DNA of 25,755 nucleotides from positions 1-25,755 of IMG/VR virus record IMGVR_UViG_3300020459_000057; one strand, 5' to 3'. A program made the translations under genes and the position numbers. The notes beneath the pieces are model-generated. The model ran no database searches and had not been told where the DNA came from. It was given only the letters and a program-made list of their open reading frames with translations. Numbering within the stretch: the stretch's first letter is position 1; the number at the start of each line of letters is the position of its first letter. Source of the DNA: a virus. Lineage: Duplodnaviria; Caudoviricetes. Shown one piece after another: positions 10,201-16,112 of this stretch.

Positions 10201-10601
10201 ACGTTTCTCAGCAATCACAGGATCCTAAGAAGTCTTGTACTGTAAGACTAATCTTGAACGGAGACCTATCAACCCCATCATGGATCGATACTGCATCTCC
10301 AGGACTATCACAGGTTGTGTTCCATACAAACCAAACTGAGAGTGAATTTGCTAAGATTCAAGACCGTGTAACAAACGGTATCAATCTACTCGAATTCCGA
10401 GCAAATGCAAACGGAACCACAGAACAGGTTCTGGGTGAGGTTGCTACGCTAGGTAACTCAATTATGGGTGGTGACTACACATATCCAAATGGACCTGACA
10501 CTCTAACTATTGCGGTCATACCTGACCACACATATACGAGTTCCAGTAGGCAGTATACAATCTGCTCTGCAAGGATCACTTGGACTGAATCCCAAGCATA
10601 A
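4263..10601 (+). CDS. Large virion structural protein (tail fibre/baseplate-associated) with about 10 HG(L/F)xxG repeat modules
   Basis: 2112-aa uninterrupted ORF with AGGA upstream. Repeated modules include HGLKTGD, HQFKDGQPV, HGFSEGNAVRY, HGLKTGTAVLY, HQFQSGDYVEY and HFLNVGD, most followed by YYV...F.L..S. The C-terminal RQTRRYFRYQSGKG...IDYSWYGGGKIRYG region is typical of cyanophage virion proteins. Confidence 0.75.
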   Translation: MAKKLLYDYTFDASARTVAIAGHVDVRKLLFINNATRGTTIYALGDADLKVTNTAYDAITDITTYTLTYDTSSASHADADKLQIFIDEEGAEFKPTETFVDPVSKLRVSNPNTLIDTDFEYSLQSTKWETLERIHQIPSFYSSTGDVPLGDVKSITSVNGSKDITIKTNGVHGLVNGIPLDIRGLTQQSAEGTFIIKAVPDDQSFVYEANTDQTFTGDISTVYANVIIGRFYVGSQLSLGEYSAVTTNAAAQSTLTIKTPVKSNYAKGTQFYITNSIAVKRKEFDGRAFTSGGGVDFSPTISYKETTQMILWKPEGTDTEQFLVPSASYMNSTTNTITHYVNSVETNHGLKTGDFMFLSYVNGNVTGFSSAGTSGTSATSTNGGNGIYYVIKVTDSTYKLASSPTNCAAGTPVSFTLSDTGQSATQLEMKLFGRGYSSTVMNPYEFDVIECGDINDTAFGRRQRFFFPESIDTSQYTITIPNHQFKDGQPVIFQRGPSPNSTPSSWSDQYCYYIEYVDADTVKLCTSFNSRDPNHDGPYYGAGVSSIASVGNQGNLYTWGTPFSLWPAIKCARDITNNASGGVQNSVSWYNRNRIICEHSVVNFVEGDKICFRSRSSVPGNIQDTPNNYDYNMDERTYYVRYPAINQSVSTKNFEFSVSRTPNGPIHDISDWPNTEHCFVFKIETVSTANTWYSPQHGFTTNQDGDPDYWLQYRFDSNNSVGSSVGNMSSNYWYWMIPVTNNHFRVALASSDGSNNQPFSSGRPYPNQYPQHRANSYIINLTHFSGDGTNFRHKFRGDNIGNPFLDTFKIDNHGFSEGNAVRYNSNGNPVIGGLQNGATYYCRNVSTDRFELSDSYGGTRLNISSASATSSPNHYFEDTSAKGSIDGAYEITAKNADGLNYDMATNTQIFGKTLVFYPQQTCDLKRGWFYIKDHGLKTGTAVLYTVPSGGTAIGSNPLPSTAQQSAGYSYMTHDTTYYVRRISRNWFALATTEANAQNDVTVKEYFNLGNDQNDNYQHTLYASSVFGEVVGSGRITYTTRDKTWDGSNQSNVNTYSNYVTIGSHQFQSGDYVEYNGFSGATAIKGLDFGEKYYIHRWGSSTISFHKKRNDARRRRNSIKLFGAGTGTLHQVRYAQNVLKGTQDRGRWNSSTEYFVGDIVTQQYNDSQSQPHDYYYVASQDSLDNWDDLRYDYSDSNNTGQTPPNSLGNNWWRRLSDYQQQTGGSTGGSLETNMINQYTPGEHVLLDDERLCGYQYGYGYWSYSNVDNGGTYVNTPGSNYHNFRMADAVHYRNEGKWYALEQQVTTLPTDYGGLEDGSIYFVNVVDYYRFSLHQSPDEARQGINAITLAYASGNSSYYNQHRFYRMEPDIVPIKIISISDQNEMTVEEPSTPRVIEFDPQENAQTDITPQTTVTVCDTNNEMFFLKTVEGVEGANGGKGGGLYYGWDKYMRTGTRVIYSHDTEDSAINGFSKDYNYFVINMNNGYYRFAGNGTNGSSYRQYAYSGNYVSFSDTGQGNNHTWTICTENYNNHNYILPTNVYVKPSSYALHRPFDGGVEINPGKSADSSIVRQTRRYFRYQSGKGLQYSTATNFNPPLETKSITGGTDASSNPNCTIVTRRPHFLNVGDFISLEDVTVSGGTNHYLVSNAEVATVTDEFTFTYLLAGTPSDATPAGFPTLHKNGWNNAVVRAGMFDDQNGFFFEYDGQNLMAVRRSSTQQTAGSVSASYESQIITGNGTSFTKQLAVDDYIVLRGMSYKVAYIQSDTELYMTTAYRGQSSTNIIMTKTVDTKTPSSAFNLDKCDGTGQSGFELNTKRLQMAYIDYSWYGGGKIRYGFKDQHGRVFYAHQYVHSNIFNEAYFRSGNLPARYEVSTIGDRETGSKFSPSLFHWGASVIMDGQFEDDKAYLFSAAADTTYLLDQKEDGDEDQANRIYPMLSIRLSPSVDAGVKGNIGTRDLINRMQLQLKAVSITLSDGSSSVGSDVSQQSQDPKKSCTVRLILNGDLSTPSWIDTASPGLSQVVFHTNQTESEFAKIQDRVTNGINLLEFRANANGTTEQVLGEVATLGNSIMGGDYTYPNGPDTLTIAVIPDHTYTSSSRQYTICSARITWTESQA

Positions 10602-10609
10602 GAACGATC

Positions 10610-10637
10610 AAACCCTCACACCACGTGAGGGTTTTTT
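10610..10637 (+). terminator. Rho-independent terminator
   Basis: Perfect 10-bp stem AAACCCTCAC / GTGAGGGTTT with a 5-nt loop (ACCAC), running into a T tract, 8 nt after the stop of the 2112-aa gene. Confidence 0.85.
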
Positions 10638-10645
10638 CATAAATA
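10638..10645 (+). promoter_or_regulatory. T4-like late promoter (CATAAATA) for gp13
   Basis: Directly follows the terminator and lies 25 nt upstream of the gp13 ATG. Confidence 0.7.
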
Positions 10646-10670
10646 CTCTTATAAAGGATTCTGTAGATAA

Positions 10671-11483
10671 ATGTCAGCGACTAAACCTGCAAGTAGAACA
10701 GAGCTGAAGGAATATTGTCTAAGACGATTAGGCAAGCCTGTTCTTCAAATCAATGTGGATGATACTCAGGTAGAGGATCTCATTGATGAAAGTATTCAAT
10801 ATTTTAATGAACGTCACTTTGACGGTGTTGAGAGAATGTTCTTGAAGCACAAATTTACAGCGGCTGAAATAACTAGATTCAAAGAAGGTAATACTACAAC
10901 TACATCTCCTGATGGATCTCAGTGGGAAGAGAGGAATAATTATATAGAAGTACCTATACATGTTTTAGGTATCAATAAAGTATTTGGAATGTCCTCACAA
11001 TCTATCAGAGGAAACATGTTTGGTATTGAGTACCAGATTTTCTTGAATGATTTGTATCAGTTCGGTGCAATTGATATTTTGAATTACTATATGACTAAGA
11101 CTTATTTGGAGGATCTTGATTACATCCTAAATAGTGGGTCTATCATTTCATATAGATTCAATAAGAGGGTTGACAGACTCTACATTGATGTTGATGCTAA
11201 AGACGTGGTTGAAGGTAACTATCTTGTTATTGATTGTCACAGAGCATTAGACCCAACATCTATGACTGAAGTATTTGATGATAGTTTCATGAAGAAATAT
11301 CTAACTGCTAAAATCAAACAACAGTGGGGTCAGAATCTGATCAAGTTCAGAGGAGTCAAATTCCCTGGTGGTGTTGAGTTAGATGGTAGACAGGTTTATG
11401 AGGATGCTCAATCGGACTTGAAAGAGATCGAAGAGAAAATGCTCTCAACTTATGAACTTCCACCACTTGACATGATAGGATAA
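10671..11483 (+). CDS. gp13: Neck protein gp13
   Basis: Motifs ELKEYCLRRLGKPVLQINVDDTQVEDLID and KQQWGQNLIKFRGVKFPGGVELDG, plus T4 synteny. Confidence 0.95.
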   Translation: MSATKPASRTELKEYCLRRLGKPVLQINVDDTQVEDLIDESIQYFNERHFDGVERMFLKHKFTAAEITRFKEGNTTTTSPDGSQWEERNNYIEVPIHVLGINKVFGMSSQSIRGNMFGIEYQIFLNDLYQFGAIDILNYYMTKTYLEDLDYILNSGSIISYRFNKRVDRLYIDVDAKDVVEGNYLVIDCHRALDPTSMTEVFDDSFMKKYLTAKIKQQWGQNLIKFRGVKFPGGVELDGRQVYEDAQSDLKEIEEKMLSTYELPPLDMIG

Positions 11484-12394
11484 TGGCATCTCAAAAAAGT
11501 ACTCACTTTGCAGAATACGGTGGTTCTACCACAGAGCAGGCTCTTGTACAAGACCTGATAGATGAACATATCAAGATTCATGGTAGTACAGTTTTTTATC
11601 TACCAAGAACTTTGAATGATGTTGATCAAGTTTGGGGTGAAGCATCTAATTCTGAATTTAAAGAATCAGTTCAGATAGAGATGTATCTGAAGAGTAATGA
11701 TCAGTTTGATAATGATATCTCAGATACCATTACTGAATTTGGGTTATCTAATAATGATTCCCTCACCTTTATGGTATCTAAGAAAAGGTGGACAGAAGAA
11801 TTTGATGGAAACTTTGCAGGTAAGTTAGCAGATGATAGACCTGCAGAAGGAGATCTAATTTATTTTCCATTGACTAAAGGTTTATTTGAAATCAAGTATG
11901 TAGAACATCAAGCACCGTTCTATCAACTTGGTGATCTTTATTGTTATGAATTACGTACTGAACTCTTCCGCTACTCTGGGGAAGATTTGGATACTGGTGT
12001 TGCTGAGATTGATGCAATAGAAGTTGAGAAAGCAGTCAAGACAAGTCTTGTTATTGATAACACTCTCACTAATAATGCAACTGCATTTACAGTTGATGAA
12101 GAAGTTGCTGGATCTGTTAGTAATGCTACTGCTAAGGTTGTTTCTTGGGATACAACAAATTATATTCTTGTTGTTTATGACAAGACTAATTCATTTACAG
12201 AAGGAGAGACCCTTACAGGTCAAACCTCTGGTGCTTCATGGTACATAAAGAACTCTACTGCTTCTGGTGCTACAAGAACGGAGACAGTCTATATACAAGA
12301 TAGTACTGGTGAAAATGTAACTAACAGAGTCATTGAAGTTGATGCAGATAGCATCATTGACTTTAGTGAAAAAAATCCATTTGGTGAATTCTAA
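11483..12394 (+). CDS. gp14: Neck protein gp14
   Basis: Motifs RPAEGDLIYFP...LFEIKYVEH..PFYQLG...YEL..ELFRYS and C-terminal IIDFSEKNPFG. TAATG stop/start coupling on both sides. Confidence 0.95.
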   Translation: MASQKSTHFAEYGGSTTEQALVQDLIDEHIKIHGSTVFYLPRTLNDVDQVWGEASNSEFKESVQIEMYLKSNDQFDNDISDTITEFGLSNNDSLTFMVSKKRWTEEFDGNFAGKLADDRPAEGDLIYFPLTKGLFEIKYVEHQAPFYQLGDLYCYELRTELFRYSGEDLDTGVAEIDAIEVEKAVKTSLVIDNTLTNNATAFTVDEEVAGSVSNATAKVVSWDTTNYILVVYDKTNSFTEGETLTGQTSGASWYIKNSTASGATRTETVYIQDSTGENVTNRVIEVDADSIIDFSEKNPFGEF

Positions 12395-13209
12395 TGTTTG
12401 GAAATTTCTTTTATAACGAGATACTTAGAAAAACGGTTGTCTCATTCGGAACACTTTTTAATAACTTTGATATCAAGCGTTTCAATAACGCAGGTGCTGT
12501 TGTTGAATCAATTCCTGTTCCGTTATCATATGGTCCTACACAAAAATTCATTGCAAGGATTCAACAGCAACCTAACCTAAGAGGTAAGGAGACTCAGATA
12601 ACTCTGCCTAGAATGTCTTTTGAGATGCAGGGTTTGAACTATGATCCTACTAGAAAACTAGCTCCACTCAAAGTAGCAGTTACTAAGAAGGATAATGATT
12701 CAATGTACAAGCAGTACATGCCTGTACCATATAATTGTAATTTTGAGTTGTCAATTTATGTACTGAATCAGGATGATGGTCTACAGATTATTGAACAGAT
12801 ACTTCCATTCTTCCAACCACAATTTACAATAACACTGAAACTCATAGCAGAGACTGATGAGAAAAGAGATGTTCCAGTTGTATTGAATAACATCAATTAT
12901 CAGGATGAATACGAAGGTAACTTTGAAAAGAGACAGGTAATTATTTGGAGACTCAGTTTTACTGCTAAGACATATCTATTCGGTCCTGTTGCAGATACTG
13001 GAGTTATCAAGAAGACTATTACAAGTTTTTACTCAGATAGTGATCCAAGTACTGCTAGGAGAGAAAGGACTTATACAAGCGTTCCTAAGGCGACTACAGA
13101 CCAAGATGGTGATGGGGATGTAGATGCTGCTGATACTGCTCTACTTACAGAGTTGGATAGTGAGGACTTTGGATTCAGCACAACCATTACTGATAACCCA
13201 TTCACATAA
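12394..13209 (+). CDS. gp15: Tail sheath stabilizer / tail completion protein gp15
   Basis: Motifs FYNEILRKTVVSFGTLFN, VPLSYGPTQKF, LPRMSFE and QIIEQILPFFQP. Confidence 0.95.
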   Translation: MFGNFFYNEILRKTVVSFGTLFNNFDIKRFNNAGAVVESIPVPLSYGPTQKFIARIQQQPNLRGKETQITLPRMSFEMQGLNYDPTRKLAPLKVAVTKKDNDSMYKQYMPVPYNCNFELSIYVLNQDDGLQIIEQILPFFQPQFTITLKLIAETDEKRDVPVVLNNINYQDEYEGNFEKRQVIIWRLSFTAKTYLFGPVADTGVIKKTITSFYSDSDPSTARRERTYTSVPKATTDQDGDGDVDAADTALLTELDSEDFGFSTTITDNPFT

Positions 13210-13211
13210 CC

Positions 13212-13631
13212 ATGAAAGACTTTGAAGCTATAGATAAAACTTTTGACACAGTAACTCCTGAAGTGACTGAGACTCCTGAAGGTGGATGTGCTAAGAGAAA
13301 GGATCAACTTGAAAATGTTAGTGACCCAGATCAAGACTATGAATATACCAGAGGTAATTTATATTCCTTAATAGAAAAGGGTCAGGAAGCTATGAATGGT
13401 ATACTGGAAGTAGCACAAGAGACTGATTCTCCTAGAGCATACGAAGTAGCAGGTCAATTGATAAAGTCAGTTGGTGATACTACAGATAAACTTCTTGACC
13501 TTCAAAAGAAAATGAAAGACCTAGGTGAGGATAAATCAGGACCAACTAATGTCACAAACAATGCTATATTTGTAGGAAGCACTGCTGAACTTCAGAAGGC
13601 ATTGAAGCAGTCTATGAAAGATAATAAATAA
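13212..13631 (+). CDS. gp16: Terminase small subunit gp16
   Basis: Motifs DYEYTRGNLYSLIEKGQEA, PRAYEVAGQLIK and NNAIFVGSTAELQK. Confidence 0.93.
   Translation: MKDFEAIDKTFDTVTPEVTETPEGGCAKRKDQLENVSDPDQDYEYTRGNLYSLIEKGQEAMNGILEVAQETDSPRAYEVAGQLIKSVGDTTDKLLDLQKKMKDLGEDKSGPTNVTNNAIFVGSTAELQKALKQSMKDNK
13623..13630 (+). promoter_or_regulatory. T4-like late promoter (AATAAATA)
   Basis: Overlaps the end of gp16, 5 nt before ATG 13636. Confidence 0.5.
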
Positions 13632-13635
13632 TAGT

Positions 13636-13899
13636 ATGAATAGACTATTTGAAAAAAGACTTTATACTATTGGATGGATCTGGAGTGTAGACTTTACCTT
13701 CAAAGGTATTAGAATGTTTGCAGACTTTTATTATCCACAAGGGACTTACATGAAAAGAGAACGTCTTGAGAAAGATCTTCAAAAACTTTATCCTGGAGCA
13801 ATCCTAGTTAGTTGGAGAAGAACAAATCAAGAACCACGTGGACCTCTTATTGTCATGCAAGAATCCCATAAATATTCAAACGAAACTAAAAGAAGATGA
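13636..13899 (+). CDS. Hypothetical phage protein
   Basis: 87-aa ORF directly after gp16 with an ATGA overlap into the next gene. The F(K/R)G...Y(Y/F)PQ...LQKLYPGA pattern recalls small cyanophage proteins at this locus (from memory, not searched). Confidence 0.65.
   Translation: MNRLFEKRLYTIGWIWSVDFTFKGIRMFADFYYPQGTYMKRERLEKDLQKLYPGAILVSWRRTNQEPRGPLIVMQESHKYSNETKRR
13867..13874 (+). promoter_or_regulatory. T4-like late promoter (CATAAATA)
   Basis: 21 nt upstream of ATG 13896. Confidence 0.55.
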
Positions 13900-14147
13900 T
13901 CATTACACCAAAGTCTGCTGCCGTAGATATCAATGCAGGAGCAAATAATGTAAGCACAGCAAAGTTGGTATCACTAGTGAATACTAATAGTGGAGCTTGT
14001 CTTATAGTAAACAGCAATGGTAATGGATTTTACGTTGCTGCAGGAGAAAGAGTAGTTGTAGAGAAGAAAGCAGCTGAGACATTAGAAGCGACCACAGGGT
14101 CTTCTGCGTCCGTCTGGGCATCGTCTATAGGTTACGTAGGACCATAA
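13896..14147 (+). CDS. Small hypothetical beta-rich protein, possibly virion-associated
   Basis: 83 aa and Ala/Val/Ser-rich (NNVSTAKLVSLVN...AAGERVVVEK..AETL). It has its own late box. Confidence 0.7.
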   Translation: MIITPKSAAVDINAGANNVSTAKLVSLVNTNSGACLIVNSNGNGFYVAAGERVVVEKKAAETLEATTGSSASVWASSIGYVGP

Positions 14148-14164
14148 CATCATAATCTTATATA

Positions 14165-14860
14165 ATGAAAAATAATTTTCAGAATACTTTACCACTTGAA
14201 GCTGGTAGAGTTTCTCCCAAAGCATCGAAAGCTGCTGCAAAATCTGGTAATCCAGTAGGTGATATAGTAACGCCTGATCAGAATCCATTTGTTCATCATT
14301 TATTTTCCACTCCTATTTGGCACAATAAGTGTATAGATAACTTTGGTCAAGTACAGGATGAACTTGATGAGGTTATACCACAAATAGATTTCAAGATGAT
14401 ACCTAGTTGGGGATCTACACACTATTTGTCAACACAGAATTTTAGAGACGATCTATTTGAGAAGTATAAATTAGATGCTCTACTGAAAGAAATTCAAAGA
14501 AATGTAATTGCTTACTGTAAAGAACTGAGGTTTGAGACAAGACCTTTTCAGTTGACATCTTGGCTCAGTAAGTTTGGTCAGGGGTGTTATGGGCATATCC
14601 ATAACCACGGAACATCAGATATTTCTGGTGTTTATTATTATTCAACTAATGGAGAGGATGGTAATATATTCTTCCAAACACCAGCACCAGGTCATGAGAT
14701 GAGTAGATGCTTCTCTCAATATTGTGGTGGTGCAAGACATTATATTCCTAGGGAAGGTGTACTATTATTGTTTCCTGGTTTCTTAGATCATGGCATCAAC
14801 ACCAACACTACAGATAACGTTAGGATAAGTCTCTCTTTCAACATAAATTTCAAACAATAG
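14165..14860 (+). CDS. 2OG-Fe(II) oxygenase family protein (TIGR02466 / 2OG-FeII_Oxy_5-like)
   Basis: Motifs LFSTPIW, HIHNHGTSDISGVYY, LLLFPGFLDHG and RISLSFN supply the HxH...H iron ligands and the RxS 2-oxoglutarate-binding motif. Confidence 0.85.
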   Translation: MKNNFQNTLPLEAGRVSPKASKAAAKSGNPVGDIVTPDQNPFVHHLFSTPIWHNKCIDNFGQVQDELDEVIPQIDFKMIPSWGSTHYLSTQNFRDDLFEKYKLDALLKEIQRNVIAYCKELRFETRPFQLTSWLSKFGQGCYGHIHNHGTSDISGVYYYSTNGEDGNIFFQTPAPGHEMSRCFSQYCGGARHYIPREGVLLLFPGFLDHGINTNTTDNVRISLSFNINFKQ

Positions 14861-14877
14861 GTATTTACTGCTATAAT
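14849..14877 (+). promoter_or_regulatory. Host sigma70-type promoter (TTCAAA-N17-TATAAT with extended -10 TG)
   Basis: -35 TTCAAA at 14849-14854 (4/6 match), 17-nt spacer, TG at 14869-14870 and perfect TATAAT at 14872-14877. SD GGAG at 14892-14895 precedes ATG 14906. Confidence 0.55.
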
Positions 14878-14905
14878 TAGTATTGTAATGTGGAGTTGAA
14901 AGATC

Positions 14906-15094
14906 ATGTCCCACTATACCATAGGGTATCACGATGCCTCACAGCATCATCATGAGATCTGCGAATATGCAGATGACTCATATCAAGCAATTAAAGACGC
15001 ACAAGAGGATGTTCCCTTTCTTCGGGAGCATCCTTCTTACGTTGATTACTGTACAAACGAAACAGGTCTTGATTACGTAATAGGTCATGAATAA
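14906..15094 (+). CDS. Small His/Cys/acid-rich hypothetical protein, cyanobacteria-like
   Basis: MSHYTIGYHDASQHHHEICEYADDSYQAIKDAQEDVPFLREHPSYVDYC with a good SD. It resembles a small conserved Prochlorococcus/Synechococcus hypothetical protein (from memory). Confidence 0.75.
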   Translation: MSHYTIGYHDASQHHHEICEYADDSYQAIKDAQEDVPFLREHPSYVDYCTNETGLDYVIGHE

Positions 15095-15185
15095 GCACGA
15101 GATAATGTGGTGGATGAGCCGACTCACCATCATGGGTACATCTTTAGGGTTATCAATTGCCCTTGCTGCCAAGGCATATGTCTGA
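15087..15185 (+). CDS. 32-aa hydrophobic micro-protein (not in the ORF track)
   Basis: ATG 15087 to TGA 15183-15185 gives MNKHEIMWWMSRLTIMGTSLGLSIALAAKAYV. It fills the gap exactly, with 8-nt overlaps to both neighbours. Confidence 0.65.
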   Translation: MNKHEIMWWMSRLTIMGTSLGLSIALAAKAYV

Positions 15186-15387
15186 GGTAGTGTGGTCGGT
15201 AAACATCATGGTAGCTATCCTACTCATTGCAGTAGGGTATGTTATCTATTGGGTGTTTATGTTTGATACGTGGTATCCTAACCCCCTAAATAGTACACTG
15301 ATGGAGTATAAAGATGGGAGCGATGAAACCCCCAAGTCGGAAGAGTTGTTACAACTTTCGAGTGACGGAAATCAACAGGGTGCTTGA
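15178..15387 (+). CDS. Small single-pass membrane protein
   Basis: ATG 15178 is preferred over the track's TTG 15157. The hydrophobic helix VVWSVNIMVAILLIAVGYVIYWVFMF is followed by an acidic tail that overlaps the nuclease gene. Confidence 0.6.
   Translation: MSEVVWSVNIMVAILLIAVGYVIYWVFMFDTWYPNPLNSTLMEYKDGSDETPKSEELLQLSSDGNQQGA
15285..15292 (+). promoter_or_regulatory. T4-like late promoter (CCTAAATA)
   Basis: 21 nt before ATG 15314, with a GGAG SD in between. Confidence 0.55.
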
Positions 15388-15775
15388 TGGCGATACTATT
15401 GATGTTACTATTGACCTCGGCTTTGATCTATTCAAGAAAGAAAGAGTTAGAGTTGCAGGAGTTGATACGCCAGAGAAGAGAACAAGAAACCTTGAAGAGA
15501 AAGCATTGGGAATAGATGCTACCAATTGGTTGAAACAAAAATTAGAAGATACTATAGCAGGTGATGGAGATGAACTCACTGTTAGAACTGAACTTGTCGG
15601 TGGCACTGGGAAGTACGGTAGGCTTCTTGGTTGGTTGTATATTAACGAAGATACTATTTCATTGAATGAGCAGATGATTGAAGAAGGGTATGCTCATGCC
15701 TATGATGGAGGAACTAAGGATATGAATCTTGAAGCACTGCGTGAAATTCGGAGGGCTCACGGTACACTAGTATAA
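15314..15775 (+). CDS. Staphylococcal nuclease (SNase/thermonuclease) family endonuclease
   Basis: Catalytic motifs VLDGDTI, RVRVAGVDTPE, KYGRLLG and LNEQMIEEGYA. Confidence 0.88.
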   Translation: MGAMKPPSRKSCYNFRVTEINRVLDGDTIDVTIDLGFDLFKKERVRVAGVDTPEKRTRNLEEKALGIDATNWLKQKLEDTIAGDGDELTVRTELVGGTGKYGRLLGWLYINEDTISLNEQMIEEGYAHAYDGGTKDMNLEALREIRRAHGTLV

Positions 15776-15782
15776 TAATATC

Positions 15783-16112
15783 ATGGATAAACACGACATT
15801 CCTTTTATAGGAGACTTTTATACAAAAGCAGAAGTAGATGCAATGGTTGCATCTGCTCTTGAAGAAGCACGTGCTATTGATGAAGCGTCAATGCGTAAGC
15901 ACAATAGGGATGCTACTATCATTAGTATGATCCTTGGATTCACATGTCTTGCTTTGTTTGTAGATGGATTGCTTCGTATACTTGGTATCATTCCACCATT
16001 CATGAATCTTGATGTCAATATTGTTGATCAGATTGCAGAGAAGACAAAAACAATTATAGAGAATGATATAGCAAGTAATGATATCATTCGTTTCTTGAAA
16101 GATCAATTATGA
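15783..16112 (+). CDS. Hypothetical membrane protein upstream of gp17
   Basis: 109 aa with the hydrophobic segment ATIISMILGFTCLALFVDGLLRILGIIPPF. ATGA overlap with gp17. Confidence 0.75.
   Translation: MDKHDIPFIGDFYTKAEVDAMVASALEEARAIDEASMRKHNRDATIISMILGFTCLALFVDGLLRILGIIPPFMNLDVNIVDQIAEKTKTIIENDIASNDIIRFLKDQL

Noticed and set aside
1-10601. Diversity-generating retroelement, invertible cassette or CRISPR-like array in the fibre cluster
   Set aside because: I saw no reverse transcriptase or recombinase gene and no near-identical nucleotide repeats; the repeats exist only at diverged protein level. A dotplot would be the definitive test.
10611-10624. CCCTCACACCAC resembles the cyanobacterial Yfr1 sRNA motif ACTCCTCACAC
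   Set aside because: The match is imperfect and the motif is sequestered in the terminator stem. There is no upstream hairpin or room for an sRNA.
14861-14874. Near-NtcA box GTA-N8-TAT
   Set aside because: It lacks the TAC half-site and overlaps the -10 box, so it is too weak to call in AT-rich DNA.
15771-15785. TATAAT 6 nt before ATG 15783 (possible leaderless transcript)
   Set aside because: It is formed by the upstream stop codon, has no -35 or extended -10 element, and is likely chance.
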